The notes beneath the pieces are model-generated. The model ran no database searches. It saw only the letters and a list, made by a program, of their open reading frames with translations, and was not told the DNA's origin. A stretch of DNA of 64,000 nt, from assembly GCF_009914755.1 (NCBI RefSeq), contig NC_060947.1. One strand, 5' to 3'. Position numbers and translations under genes: made by a program. Shown one piece after another: positions 45,456 to 60,311 of the stretch; position 1 is the stretch's first letter, and every line of letters begins with the position of its first letter. Source of the DNA: the human T2T-CHM13v2.0 reference genome, Homo sapiens.

Positions 45456-46821
45456 AATTCTAAAATCCTTCCTATAAGAGAGGAACATCCCAAACCTGTA
45501 GCTTTTCCTGCCTTTAAGTGACCTAGAAAAGGTTATTCTCTTAAGCCCGGGGGCGCGTCTCCCTTCAGCTGCCCATAAAGAACTGATGGCGCACAGGTAG
45601 TTTTGCAAAAAAGCAAGTCCGGGCTCCGCCTCTGGGCGCTGGAACAAACCGGCTCCTGCAGCTCTGCAAAAGTCCTCGGAGTTTTCTCTCTCGCCAGAGC
45701 CCGGGCTTTCCCCGCCCCTGCCTGCGCGCCTGACCTCGGCGCTGGGCTGGTTCCAAGGGCAGCCGCGCCAGTCCCCAGCGTCCTGTGCCTGCGGGCGGAC
45801 TTGGCCCGGGCGTTCCATAGGACTCTTCAGCCCCAACTCCCTGTCCGGCCTCCCACCCCGGCACCAACCTCCCGGGAGACCCAGGAAACTCGCCCCCAGA
45901 CAACCCTAATCCCGGGGACTCGGGGTCGGGTCTCTCCGCCGCGGAGAAAGCGGCCCGGCGCCAGCTAGGCCGCCAGAGACGGTCTGCGAACCCCGCCGGG
46001 AAGCAGGGGTAGGGGCGTGAGGCCGTCTGCTTTCGTCTTGGCCCTGGGCAGACAACCTGGAGTGGCCGGGCGGGCAGCCCTGAGCCCCTGGCCGGCTTCC
46101 AGAGTCCGCTGGGTCGCGTCGAGCTGGCTGCGGGATGAATTACGAGCTTTCCCGGAACGCGGCTGGGGTGGCCCTGCGAGTCCCCGCCGCCCGGGACTCG
46201 GACACCAAACCCCTTTTGTCTGCGTGATGACTGTCCCGGTTTTTTTGCATGGCTCGGATCACTCTAGGCGTTGGGCTGTCCCCTTTCCAGGGAAAGCCTG
46301 GGTAAGAGTAGGAGGAAAGAGGCGGGGAAGGAGAGGGGGAAGAGAGGAGGGAGAGGAGACTTGAAGTAGCCACAGCCTGAGCAACTTGGAAAGAGGCTCC
46401 TCAAGAGTCCTTTCCCCCACCGATTGCAAGAGCAGAGTGGGCTTCACTTAGGAATTCCGTTGGCAGCTTCCTAGAAACGCGGGATGGCGGGGTTGAAGGT
46501 CTCCAGAGAGAGCCAGGGATGGGGAGCGCTTTGGGGAGAGGGAGGAAAGGAGGCATGGGATGTCTGGGCTTAATTAGACCTATTCAGTGCATCCTCCTTC
46601 AAGATCCGGCTCTCCTCCCTATCTGATCCTTAGCTACTTAAAATTGCAGGAATTCAGGTATCCTGATTTCTTAGCAACTTCAAACAGTGCTGGGGAACGG
46701 TGCAATCTGCCTGCATGCAGGCCCTTTACCCCCAGTGTTTCCCTTGGGTGTCTCAAATCCCTTCACCCCCTGCAGGCAGACACGGCAGCCCTGGGGCGCC
46801 CTGGCCACCCTGGGTCCTCAC

Positions 46822-46958
46822 CTGTCCTTGGGAAGCCGCCGCACACGGGAGCGGTGCGCCGGGAGCATCCACCGAGCCGGGGCGCGCGAGTCACGGCCGG
46901 GAGTTTGCCGGGGCCATGCCCTTCCCGGGGCCGGGGGTGAGGCAGCTCGGCTTCCCAG
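46822..46958 (-). other. MXRA5: MXRA5 exon 1 (5' leader); 5' end approximate
   Basis: Consensus donor CAG|GTGAGG at 46822/46821 inside the CpG island. TSS inferred ~30 nt downstream of the TATA-like AATAAAA at 46988-46982. Confidence 0.8.
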
Positions 46959-46981
46959 CGCGGCACAGCAAGCCGGCGCCC

Positions 46982-46988
46982 TTTTATT
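46982..46988 (-). promoter_or_regulatory. TATA-like box (AATAAAA)
   Basis: Isolated AT-rich heptamer in very GC-rich sequence, ~165 nt upstream of the exon 1 donor. Confidence 0.6.
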
Positions 46989-48124
46989 CCCGGCGCTGCG
47001 AGGCTTCCCCAAGTCCACGCCTCGGCACACCCCCACCCTGCCCCACCCCGGGGAGACGGGGCGCGGGCCCGAGCCAAGGGACCCTGGCCGCGCCGCTCTG
47101 CGCTCAGCCTTCCTCTCGCGTCTTCATTGCGCCTGGGCCCGGGTGGGCATGCCTCGCCCACTCCAGCTGCAAGAACCGCAGGCGGCTCGGGGAAGGAGGG
47201 CTCTTTGTCAGAGAGAAGTCCAGGACCCCAGGAGGGAAGGGCGAGATGCAGGGAGCGCGGTGGGAGCCGCAGTAGAGTCCGCGCTTGGAGAGCGCCTAAG
47301 CAGCGCTGGGAACGTTTCCGTTCCTTTCAGGAGAGAGAGAAGGAGCAGGGTTTGCGCTTCTCCGGGCCAGACGGTGTTTTCTCGGCAGCTCTTCCCAGAC
47401 CGTGTGCAGGCAGGAGCGGGCTGGCCCCGCCGGCATCCCACTAGCTGCAGGCAGGGCTGCAACGTGAGAGCCGCCGCCACGCCCTCCCGCCTCTCCAGGA
47501 CTCCCCGGCGCCCGCCTCCCTCCCCTTGCCAGAGTCTTCCTGCCAGAAAGGTGGAACGGCTCCCCTCCGGCTTGGGGAGCATTCGAGGGGCAAGGCGAGG
47601 GTTGGGACGTTCGGAGAGTCTGATGGTATTGTCTGGGGAGGGGGCGGTGGGAGGGTGGGAGCGACCTGGCGACAAGGCAAAAAGTAGAGGGTGCAGAGGG
47701 TAGGTCCCTATTCCAGGAGGCAGAGGAAGAGGAGGCGGCGGCTGCCTGGCTTCCTGGATAAGTCAGACCTGGAATGGTGGGGAGAGGTCAGGCGAGTATC
47801 TTCAGTCAGCAGAGCCAACCTGGGGTAAAAACATGGAGCTCAGACAGGTGTGTAGGGCCCGGAAAGGCACCATTGCACCAGCTTGTTGTAGGGTGCACCA
47901 GCGACTGCTTTTCGCTATACCTCTGGTTAGCCGTATTCCTCTCCCTGAACCAGCATTTTGACATGTCCTTAGGGTCAGTGTTTGCCTGTTGTGTTCTTTG
48001 ATCTACAAAAGACATCTGTGAGTATAAAAAAAATTTTTTTTACAAGCCCAGTGGTACCATGTACTTGTACAACGAATCCTGTCTGCTGAGATGCCCCTGA
48101 AGCAGGCTGATGGCGTGCGGCATT

Positions 48125-48461
<337 letters not shown>

Positions 48462-49562
48462 TAAAAGGCAATGCATGGAGAAAGTATAATTGAGAAGTGC
48501 CTGCTCTTTAGATTCAGAAGTCCTGCCCTACGTCCAGCACTCTGTCAGGGGGCTTTCAGGAGGAAGGAAGGACTAAGCCTAAGAAACAAGTTGCTTCCCC
48601 TGCATGAAGCGTGGTTCATCTTAGCTCCTCCTAAGAAACACAGCGTCTAGGAATTCCTCACCACCTGCCTCCTGCGCCTAGGGTGGCTTCCACAGAGTTG
48701 ATAGTCAGGAAATACTGGTTCATAAATGGGAATTCATTCCTTCTCTAGCTTTAGTTTTCAGTGTGTGTTGACATAGTTCCAGGGATTAGTCAAATAATGC
48801 CCTTAGGTAGCCTCTTTCTGGGCATGCCCCAAACCCATTGATTAAATCACGAAACAAAACAAAACAAAAAACAACTGTCTCTTGAACATCTCTTTACCCT
48901 TGTTAATGATGTTGCCACCCATCTCGTCAGCTAAACTAGAAACTCAAGCCATCCTTGCCTTCTGCCTCTCCTTCATGTCTTCCTCATAGTCAACTGGTTG
49001 CCAAGTTTAGATCCTGATGCCTAAGAATCTCTTGGCCCAACGTGTTCTTCTCTCCACCTCTCTCACTGCGGTTGCATGGATATGTCTTAGATTTTGACAA
49101 CTTCTTCCTCCACCAACTCCTTCTCATTCATCCCTTCCAGCCCATCACTGAGACTTAGAGGGATGCCATCATCCTCAAACCCAAGGCTGAAGTTTTCCAT
49201 GGGTGGCCTGTGCCATGCCCTGTGCTTCCCAGCCTGTCCCTGGGATCTTCCTTTTGGTGATAGATCTGGCTTGTCAAGAACAAGTAGCACATCCCTGATT
49301 TTTGTTGTTGTTGGTTCATGCCACTGTTTTGACAAAGTTCTCCTCAATCTCCATTGTATAGTATTTCCTTACCTCCATGCCCATTGCTAAAGTGGGCTTT
49401 TTTCCTGCATTGTGGACAATCACTCACCTTCTTTTTATGCCGTCATAGCTTCTTGACACCTGGAGTATAGCACAGAGCTTAGCATACACTAAGCGTTCAA
49501 TTGAATGAATGAATGAATGTGCGCATGACTGACGTTGAATTCTATTAAGAAATGTCTAGATT

Positions 49563-49860
49563 TGGCCAGGCGCAGTGGCTCACGCCTGTAATCCCAGCAC
49601 TTTGGGAGGCCAAGGCGGGAGGATTGCTTGAGTCCAGGAGTTTGAGACCAGCCTAGGCAACCTGGCAAAACCCTATCTCTACAAAAAAAAAAAAAAAAAT
49701 TAGCCAGGCATAGTGGCATATGCCTGTAGTTCCAGCTACATACTGGGGGCTGACATGGGAGAATTGCTTGAGCCTGAGAGGCAGAGTTTGCAGTGAGCCA
49801 AGTTCGCACCACTGCACTCCAGCCACAGTGACAGAGCAAGACCCTGCCTCAAAAAAAAAA
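49563..49860 (+). mobile_element. Alu (J-like)
   Basis: ggccaggcgcagtggctcacgcctgtaatcccagc...poly(A). Confidence 0.9.
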
Positions 49861-50972
49861 GACATTTAAAAAAGTCTGGATTTCTCTGCAGTAAGGAAAT
49901 CTGTTTATACTACCTTATCCAGGGGGATTATTATTGGCACATTTAATAGATAATATCTATCAATACCTCTAAATACTTGTGTTACCTGTACAATCTGCAC
50001 CCCAAAAATGATTTATCGAAGTCTAGTTAAAGGCACAGGTTTACGGAAATGAGATGGTTAACTCAAACATAATGGCTTTAATTCCTTACAAGTGTGAAGT
50101 AAATAAAATATCAAGTCAACTAATTCAATTCTGCTTTGCAAATTTCATGCATGGGATGAAGGGGAGTGAGCAGCGGAAAGAGACCGCTGAATGGGAGCAG
50201 GGTTTTAGCTTAGGGTGACAGAAACGTTTTGGAACTACATGTAGGTGATGGTTGCACAATATTGAGGATGTACGAAATGCCATGACATTGTTACTTTAAC
50301 ATGGTTTACTTTAGATGTGAATTTCACCTCAATAAATTATTTTTAATAACACACATACTAATAAAAATAAATGCCTAGATTAGAAAAGTCCCAGGGCGTA
50401 ACTTGTACAATAAATCCACAAATAAAGCATTATGGAATCTCGTCATTCTGTACTTTTTTTAAATAAAATGCATAGTTTGCTGCATTTAGTCTTTTTTGTT
50501 TTGATGTTTGTCCTGCTAATGTTGCCTGCTTGCTTGGTGATGTGTTCCCAGAGCAGGGACCATGTTTGATTAATTGTTGAATCCCTTGAAGTGCCAAGAG
50601 AGTTCCTTAAATACAAGAGGTTTGGAGTACATGTCGGTTAAATTAAATTCATCTGCTTGCTAATAATTCCACCATGTGGAGGGTGAGGAGGGATGATCAA
50701 ATGAAGGGCAGGTCAGTCCTTGTAGCTACAGAATGTACTTCAAGCAAAAGCTCAGTGATTAACAAAAGGCCGGAGCCCTCCTAATCGCCAGATGCCATGG
50801 AACCTGAAGGATTGCAGCTTGTTGCAGGATGCACCAGTGACTTTTACCAGCCACTGCTTTTCACTGTTCCTCTGGTTAGCAGCATTTCTCTTCCTGAACC
50901 AGCATTTTGACAACATGTCCTTATTATCAACATTTGCCTGTTTTGTCTTTGATCTACAAAAGACATCTGTGA

Positions 50973-51013
<41 letters not shown>

Positions 51014-52634
51014 CATATATAAAATAGAGCATTCGGAAGGAAATCCAAACAGGTTTGCTAGCTCACTTCCCATCACCCAACCCTGATCCTCCATCGAGAC
51101 CCCCTTTCCTCTAGAAATGTGGAGGTAGGGAAACTTGCAGCCCAGGAGACCCAGGAGGCCCTTACCACTGGGGAGCCATCATCCCTCTGCCTCCGTCATA
51201 AGATCTTTAAAATCCACTTTTCTTGCAAGGCTTTAACCAACAGCAGAGCCATAGGTGATCGAGTCAGACAGATAGTAGAGCTCAAACCACCTCCTCCTAC
51301 TACTCGCTATTTCTTGGCCAGAGGGCCTAAAACACACTATTCTCCCTTCCTAAAACCAGATTTCTCAAGGGTACAATAAGGGTAATTTTACCTCTTGGAG
51401 GTGGCGTAAAGACAGAATGCAATGCTGTATAGAGAGAACTGAACATACTACCTGCACCACATCTGTAGTTAATATTTATATATAGGATCCAGCGAATCTA
51501 CAGTCATTTTTTTCAGCTTTATTGCTGTGTCTTTTATCTTCCTATCCAGGTTTTACCCCAGCGCAGAGTCTCTGGAGGTGCACTGGCTGTTTTGTGTATG
51601 AACTGCAGTTCCTGGCGATTCTGATTTCAATGTGAAAGTCTAATATTCTAAAGGACTCTGTGGATCACTATGTAATTTTCTTAACAAGGGTTGTAAAAGT
51701 AACTTTCTTAGTCACATGACTGCAAACCCCACTGCTTCCCAAACTCTGTAATCACGAGAAGGGCTGACCTAGTGAATACCCTTGGATGACTGGAGGGAAA
51801 AAAAAAAATCGACACAGGAAATCTCTACTTCAAACTCATGGGCTTGCATAGCTCAGAAATCTCAGGGGCAGACTAATAGCTAGTGGGGTTGTATCTTTAT
51901 TTGAGCAGAAACAGACTTTTAGGAATTTTCCATGGGAACTTGCCCTCATCTGTGTAGGGTAAACCTTCAATGAAAATACGGGCTACTGGCCACCTCAATG
52001 AAAATGAGGGGGTATTTTTGTTTTGCTTCTTATCCTCATAGCACAGTCGGTAGGAATACTCTGTTCTCTTGCATGTACTAAAATGCTTCCAAATTTTCTC
52101 AACAGCATACTTTAAAATAGAACAGCAGCGTGGAAAATAAGTAAATAAATACAAAGAACACGTCAGAGAAACCCTCTAGCTCTCCTGAGCACAGTTGAGT
52201 TATCTCTGCAGATTAGGCTGGAGAAAATTCTGCTTAGCATGGTGCATATCAACCCACAGAGAAAACACATCGTGGAGAAGTGAACTAGCCTGACCCAGCT
52301 TGGGCAGATGTGCTGATGGGGATTTCTCGGCAAAATGAAAGCTGTTTATCTACTACTGTGTCTTACCGGGACCAGCGGCACCTAGAACGGTGGAACTCAC
52401 AGACACAGGCTTCTCCGCTCTGGATCCCTAAAATTTCAGTCGGTAGAAAACAGCTGCAGAAGATGAGATCATGGAAGGTTATCCCCTTCCTCCCCAACCC
52501 AGACCACACAGGCCAGTGAATTGCAGACAGGGAAAGGCAAGGGAATGTCAGCAATTATTAATGAATCCCTTCAAAGACCTCAATCCTGGATGGGTCATTC
52601 AGCAGAAATCGCAGAAATCGAGACCTAGCTCACT

Positions 52635-52999
<365 letters not shown>

Positions 53000-53497
53000 T
53001 GATGAATACTCACGATTCTGGAGTTCACATCAAGAGGGAACCCTAATGAAAACTACGGACTTTGGGTGACTTCGATGTCTCCGTGTGAGTTCATCTGTTG
53101 TAACAAATGTCTCACTCTGCTGAGAGCTATTGATCATGGAAGAGGGTGTGTGTGTGTGTGTAGGAAAGGGATATATAAAAATTTCTGTGCCTTCTGCTCA
53201 ATTTTGCAGCTCAGACTGCTCTAAAAATAAAGTCTAGTTTTAAAAATTCTATATTTAAAGAGTCAAGACTCTTTTTTTTCCTCCCATCTGTTTTGGCTTA
53301 CATTTTTGCTGACTTGTCTTCTTTCAGACAAGCGGCCTCTTGGAATAAAAACCAAATGGCTTCTAGGGGATTCCACATGGAAGCTGCCCTAGAAGCTTGT
53401 GAGGAAGAAGGAAAGAATGTCACTGAAACTAGTTCTGAGCACTACTGGCTGGTGGAGACCTTGCCCTCAAGTGGCATGGTCTAGAAATCTCCTAGGG

Positions 53498-54012
53498 CAG
53501 CGGTCCCTGATCTTTTTGGCACCAGGGACCAATTTCATGGAAGACAGTTTTTCCGTAGAGCAGGATGGGGGTGGGACATATGGTTTTGGGATGATTCAAG
53601 CACATTACATTTATTGTGCACTTTATTTATATTATTATTCTACTGTAATATATAATGAAATAATTCTACAACTCACCATGATGTAGAATCTATGGGAGCC
53701 CCATGCTTGTTCTGTGCAGCTAGACAGTCCCATCTGGGGGTGATGGGAGAGACAGTGACAAATCATCAGGCATTAGATTCTCATAAGGAGCCTGCAGCCT
53801 AGATCCCTCGTATGTGCAGCTCACAATAGGGTTTCTGCTCCAGTAAGAATCTAATGCTGCTGCTGATCTGACAGGAGGTAGAGCTCAGGATGGGAAGCAG
53901 CTGTAAATACAGATGAAGCCTCACTCACTGGCCTGCTGCTCACCTCCTGCTGTGCAACCTGGTTTCTAACAGGCTGGTAGCAGTCCATGGCCCATGAGGT
54001 TGCAAACCCCTG
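53498..54012 (-). mobile_element. MER1A
   Basis: Termini cagcggtccc and aacccctg; degenerate 8-bp TSD tcctaggg/tcctacga. Confidence 0.88.
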
Positions 54013-54690
54013 TCCTACGACATTGTTCTTACATGTGGATGGATTCCAAGATCCATCTCACTTTTCAAAATAAAAATGGCAAATGGTCTCTCCTTCAGCA
54101 TGAAACTATTAATTTCAGAAAGACTTCCTATAGGTGATGAATACTCAAAATTCTATAGGACACCACGTGAAGTGCTTTCCCTTTGGGTAAGATGTCTCTT
54201 TCATGAATTAGAAGAAGCCGCCTTAGTTAACAGACCCGGGGTGACTCATGGAACAAGTTTTAAGTTATTCTTAAAATACAGAAGAGGAAATTAGTACTTA
54301 AACACAGTGACCTTTGATTCCCTGCATAATCATGAGATTGAAACATACTGAGATTTACTCGATTATAAATATAGGTGTGTGTTTGTAAGTGGACAAGCTT
54401 AGAGATTCACTAAAACTCAAACTAAATTCAAAGGAGCACTAATGTATTTTAAAGAAGTATCAAAACACTTTGGAACACGCTCTTTAAAGATATAAATATA
54501 ACTCTCTTATGAATAAAGTGAAAGAAACAAATAACTCAAAGCCGTTAGAAAGCCTGGATGAGAAAATTCGGCTTCTAAATGTTGCCCTGAATACCTTACA
54601 AAGAAGAAAAAGGCAAAGAAAATATCTAGCTTAAACAGAAACTGTGGTTTTGTAATGATTCCTAATTAGCCTTCAAACGTGGGCACAATC

Positions 54691-55525
54691 TGTATGCATT
54701 TCCCAGGACTGCCGCACAAATCGCCACTAACTGAGTGTCTTAAAACAACAGAAATTTATGCTCTCCCAGTTCTGGAGGCCAGAAGTCTGAGATCAAGGTG
54801 TGGGCAGGGCTGCACTCTCTCTGGAGGCTCTAGGGGAGGATCCTTCCTGCCTCTCCCAGCTCCTGGGGGCTCCAGGCATTCCTGAGCTTGTGGCCGCATC
54901 ACTCCAGTCTCTGCCTCTGTCTCCACGTGGCCTTCTCCTTTGTGTGTGTACCATCTCCTCTTCCGTCTCTTAGAAGGACACCTGTAATTGCATTTACGGT
55001 TGACTCTACTCCAGGATGATCTCATCTCAAGATCCTTAACTAAATGTTTTTACATCCTCTTTCCCAGAAGCTATGAAAATTTTACCTTATAGGGCAATAG
55101 GGGAATCAAAGTTGGAGGGAAAATGAAGTTTGCCCATCAGCTGATCCTAAAATGAGGAGATTATTCTGGGTTATCCAAGTGGACCCCATGTAATTGCAAG
55201 GGCTCTTAAAAGTAGAAGAGGGAGGAAGAAATGGAGGTTAGAATGATGAGATGTGAGACGGTCTCTGCTGGTTGTTGCTGGTTTTGAAGATGAAGGAAGA
55301 AACCACATGCCGAGGAATGCAGGCAGCCTCTGGGAGGTAAAAATTGCAAGGAAATGGATTCTTTCCTGCATCCTCCAGAAGGAACCAACCTGGCCGACAC
55401 TTTGATTTTAGCCCCAGGAGACTCATTTAGGACTTCTGATTTCTAGAACTGCAGACGAATAAATGTGTGTTGTTTTCACCCAGCATTTTTGGTATTTGTT
55501 TTAGCAGCCACAGGAAACTCATACA
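54691..55525. mobile_element. Back-to-back MLT1 LTRs: (-) 54691-~55045 and (+) MLT1D-like ~55050-55525
   Basis: First copy closely resembles the 2.7-5.5 kb copies. Second ends ...gcagccacaggaaactcataca. Confidence 0.8.
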
Positions 55526-55789
55526 GAGCTCTTGCACAGGGTCTACCATCTGTTCTTATAATTGATGCGTGATTTGTGAGCTGACTCCCTGGACAGGCAT
55601 GTGGTTGCTGAAGGGAAGATTTGACACTTCTTAAATTACCAAATCCACTACTCCTCTGGTAAGGAACTAGAGGAAAGAAGCAAGAACCAACACATGAAGG
55701 TAAGTTTTGCTTTGTTTTTATTATTATGTTATATTGTATTTTTATTACAAGGGAGAGTATTTTACCCATGGGCTTTTATTTTGAAAATT

Positions 55790-55985
55790 ATTAGATATGA
55801 TTAATTATTAATATCATCTTTAATAATTATTAATTATTAATATCATCTTTAATAATATTATAATTATTAATTATTAATGTCATCTTTAATAATATTATAA
55901 TTATTAATTATTAATATCTAATAATATAATATTATCTTATCTAATGATATTAGATAAGACTAAATTATTATAAGATAATTGTTTA
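55790..55985. repeat. AT-rich tandem repeat
   Basis: taattattaatatcatctttaataat-like unit, ~3-4 copies. Confidence 0.8.
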
Positions 55986-56467
55986 TGATCAGTCTTTCCT
56001 CATTTATTTCTCAGGCATAACCATTGTAAAGATAGGCATAAGTATGAATGTTATTCATTCATTATGTAAAATATTTTAAATGGCACACATCCATATGTAT
56101 TAATACACGATTCACTATATATAAAAATTCAGAGAAGTTAAAAGAAATTCCTAAAGACCACTTTGTGTTTTTAAGACTCTGGAAGAAGAGATTGGGGGTA
56201 GACAAAAAGACTTAGTATTGAATTTTTTTTCTTTTTTTTTTACTCTACGCATTTTTGGTTTTATACCCAAAAGGGGGATTTGTTTGGTTTAGAAAGAATG
56301 TCTTCTGATTTTTATGTTTAAAAGGACCACTGGATGTTTTATTGCCTTGACATTTAAACTTAAAGCCATTAAGGAATATGAGGTTAACCTAGTTAAACTC
56401 CTAAAAGACCCAAGTCACGTAGTGCTTTTCATCTCCTGGTTTTTCTTTTTTTCTTCTTTTACTCTGA

Positions 56468-56765
<298 letters not shown>

Positions 56766-56925
56766 CAAAATAATCTTTTAAAAAGAAATATTACTCATTT
56801 AAATAAAATGTGTCTGAAGTTTAGTAATTCCATGAGTTTCGCTTTCTATTTTGGGGTAAAACTCCCATATAACATAAAATGGACTATTTTAATCATTTTA
56901 AAGTATGATTCAGTGGCATTTGGTG

Positions 56926-57462
56926 CAGTGGTCCCCAACCTTTTTGGCACCAGGGACTGGTTTAGTGGAAGACAATTGTTCCACGGATGGTGGTGGTGGG
57001 GTTGAGGAGGTTGGTTCCAGGATAATTCGAGTACATTACATTTACTATGCACTTTATTCCTATTATTATTCCATTGTAATATATAAGGAAATAATTCTAC
57101 AACTCACCATAATGTGGAATAGGTGGGAGCCCTGAGCTTGTTTTCCTGCAACTAGACAGTCCCATCTGGGGGTGATGGGAGACAGTGACAGATCATCAAG
57201 CATTAGATTCTCATAAGGAGTCTGCAGCCTAGATCCCTCGTATGTGCAGTTCACGATAGGGTTTCTGCTCCAGTAAGAATCTAATGCTGCTGCTGATCTG
57301 ACAGGAGGTGGGGCTCAGGTGGTAGTGTGAGCCACGGGGAGCAGCTGTAAATACGCATGAAGCTTCGCTCACTCACCTGCCTCTCACCTCCTGCTGTGTG
57401 GCCTGGTTCCTAATAAGCCATGGACAGGAGCCAGTCCATGGCCTAGGGGTTAAAAACCCCTG
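56926..57462 (-). mobile_element. MER1A inserted in an L1M fragment (~56830-57835)
   Basis: Termini cagtggtcccc and aacccctg; degenerate TSD atttggtg/atatagtg. Confidence 0.88.
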
Positions 57463-57848
57463 ATATAGTGCATTCACAATATTGTGCAATTATCATCACT
57501 ATCTAGTTCCTAAACATTTTAAACATCCCAAAAGGAAACCCTATATCCATTAAGCAGTCACTCTCCATTCTCCTTTTCTCCTAGTTCCTGGAAACTGCTT
57601 ATTTTCTGTTTTCTGTCCATAGATTTAGCTATTCTTGAAATTTAATATAAATGGAATGATATAAGTGGTCTTTTGTGCCTGGCTTCTTTTACTGAGCATG
57701 GTGTTTTCAAGGTTCACATATATAGTAGTCTGTATTAGACCTTCATTCCATTTCATGAATGAATCATATTAGACTGTAGGAATTGAACATATTGAACATA
57801 TTTTGTTTATTCCTTGATCCTTGGATGGATAGGTAAAATTATATGTAA

Positions 57849-58219
<371 letters not shown>

Positions 58220-58548
58220 TAGGCACAGAATCTGCACATCATGAAATGAGCACCCATTAATATGACGTGCAGAACATCTGAAAGCCACCATGAAACTACA
58301 CTTCCCATGTTTCTCCAGGGGTGTTATGATAGAAACCTTATATAGACAATATTTGCAAGGCAAGCACAGACTTCTTATTTACGAACTCTCAGCATACTCT
58401 ATTTTTTTCTTAATGAGTAAACTTATCTATCCATCCTCCATATATCCATCTATATTTCTATCAACCTATAGATTGTCTATGTATACCTATGTGTCTAACC
58501 TTTGTCAGTTGTCTAATTTATCACCTATTGATTGTTTATCCTATATCT

Positions 58549-59078
58549 TAGGGGTCCCCAACCCCCAGGCCATGGACTGGTACCAGTCGGTGGCCTGTTG
58601 GGAACTGGCATACACAGCAGGAAGTGAGCAGCAGGTGAGAGAGCGAAGCTTCATCTGTATTGACAGCTGCTCCCCATCGCTTGCATTACTGCTTGAGCTC
58701 CACCTCCTGTCAGATTAGCGGCCCCATTAGATTCTCACAGGAGAAAGAACCCTATTGTGAACTGTACATGTGAGGGATCTAGAGTTTGCTGCATGCTCCT
58801 TATGAGAATCTAATGCCTGATGATCTGTCACTGTCTCCCATCACCCCCAGATGGGACCATCTAGTTGCAGGAAAACAAGCTCAGGGCTCCACTGATTCTA
58901 CAAGATGGTGAGTTGTATAATTATCTCATTATATATTATAATGTAATCATAATAGAAATAAAGTATACAATAAATGCGATGCCCTTGAATCATCCTAAAA
59001 CCACCTTCCCACCAAGTCCATGGAAAAATTGTCTTCCGTGAAACTGGTTCCTCATGCCAAAAAGGTTGAGGACTGCTG
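58549..59078 (+). mobile_element. MER1A, within degenerate TCTA-rich sequence
   Basis: taggggtccccaacccccaggcc...aaaaaggttgaggactgctg. Confidence 0.88.
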
Positions 59079-59820
59079 GTCTATCCATCATCTACCATCT
59101 CTATTGTCTATCTTTCTATCTATTTTCTATCTTTATATCCACCTACCTATACTTGAGATAAGTTTAAACATTCATTTTTTATTAGTTTCATTAAAAATAT
59201 AGCCTTCTTCAAAGGTTAGCTTAGAATCATGTTTGATCATTTTTTTCCTTCCATAGAATAAAATGCAGTTGTAATAAAATACAGTCTAAATTCTTTAAAA
59301 AGTGACTTTATTGTAATCCTTTCATTTATTTTTTTTCCCTTGGCAAGTGTGTAAGATTTTCCTAAAACACTATATAAACTTTTTGCATGTACGTATGTCT
59401 GGTTTTTGTTATTGTTGTTGTTTGTGCTGCAGTGTGGCTAATCAAAGAACAAAAATATTTGTTTCATTCTCATCATGCAGGCTTTATATAATTCTTGGGA
59501 CTTAATTGATGAGTGACATATTGGAGATGTCTAGAAAAATGGTGATTTCCAGCTCTTTCTTTTAGTCAATCCTTCAAAGTCCGTACATTCTCCTGTTTCC
59601 TAAGGGGCAGGGTGTTAAGAAAAATAAAAAACTTGACTTGAAAGTGCTTGTACAATTTAAATACTGTGTTTGTTTGGCAGAAATAGTGTTTTAACAAGAG
59701 CACCATTTGTTTCTCCCTCATTTATAGGAATTCTCGAGATGGAAAACCCAGGGATGAAGTTCTGGGATGCCGGCACCTTCTTCCCTTAGCATGTGGACTC
59801 CCACGTTTAACAAAAGCTGC

Positions 59821-60238
<418 letters not shown>

Positions 60239-60311
60239 TTACAAAGTGTCAATTGGAAGAATCTTTAGAAAAGAATAGATTTTTCTGTTGAGCATATTGC
60301 ATAGTGTGTGG

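Larger units (their letters stand above)
45540..47750. promoter_or_regulatory. CpG island over the MXRA5 promoter, exon 1 and start of intron 1
   Basis: High GC, dense CpG and GC boxes (e.g. ccccgcccc ~45710, ggggcgg 47641). Boundaries by eye. Confidence 0.85.

Noticed and set aside
46687-47703. 338-aa plus-strand ORF and other ORFs across the CpG island
   Set aside because: GTG start, Arg/Gly/Pro/Ala-rich with no domain, and several frames open. Expected from stop-codon scarcity in GC-rich DNA.
47872-48026. Possible snoRNA or small-RNA retrocopy for the duplicated upstream element
   Set aside because: I could not identify convincing H/ACA or C/D architecture, TSDs or a known RNA sequence. 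An Rfam/Infernal search would settle it.
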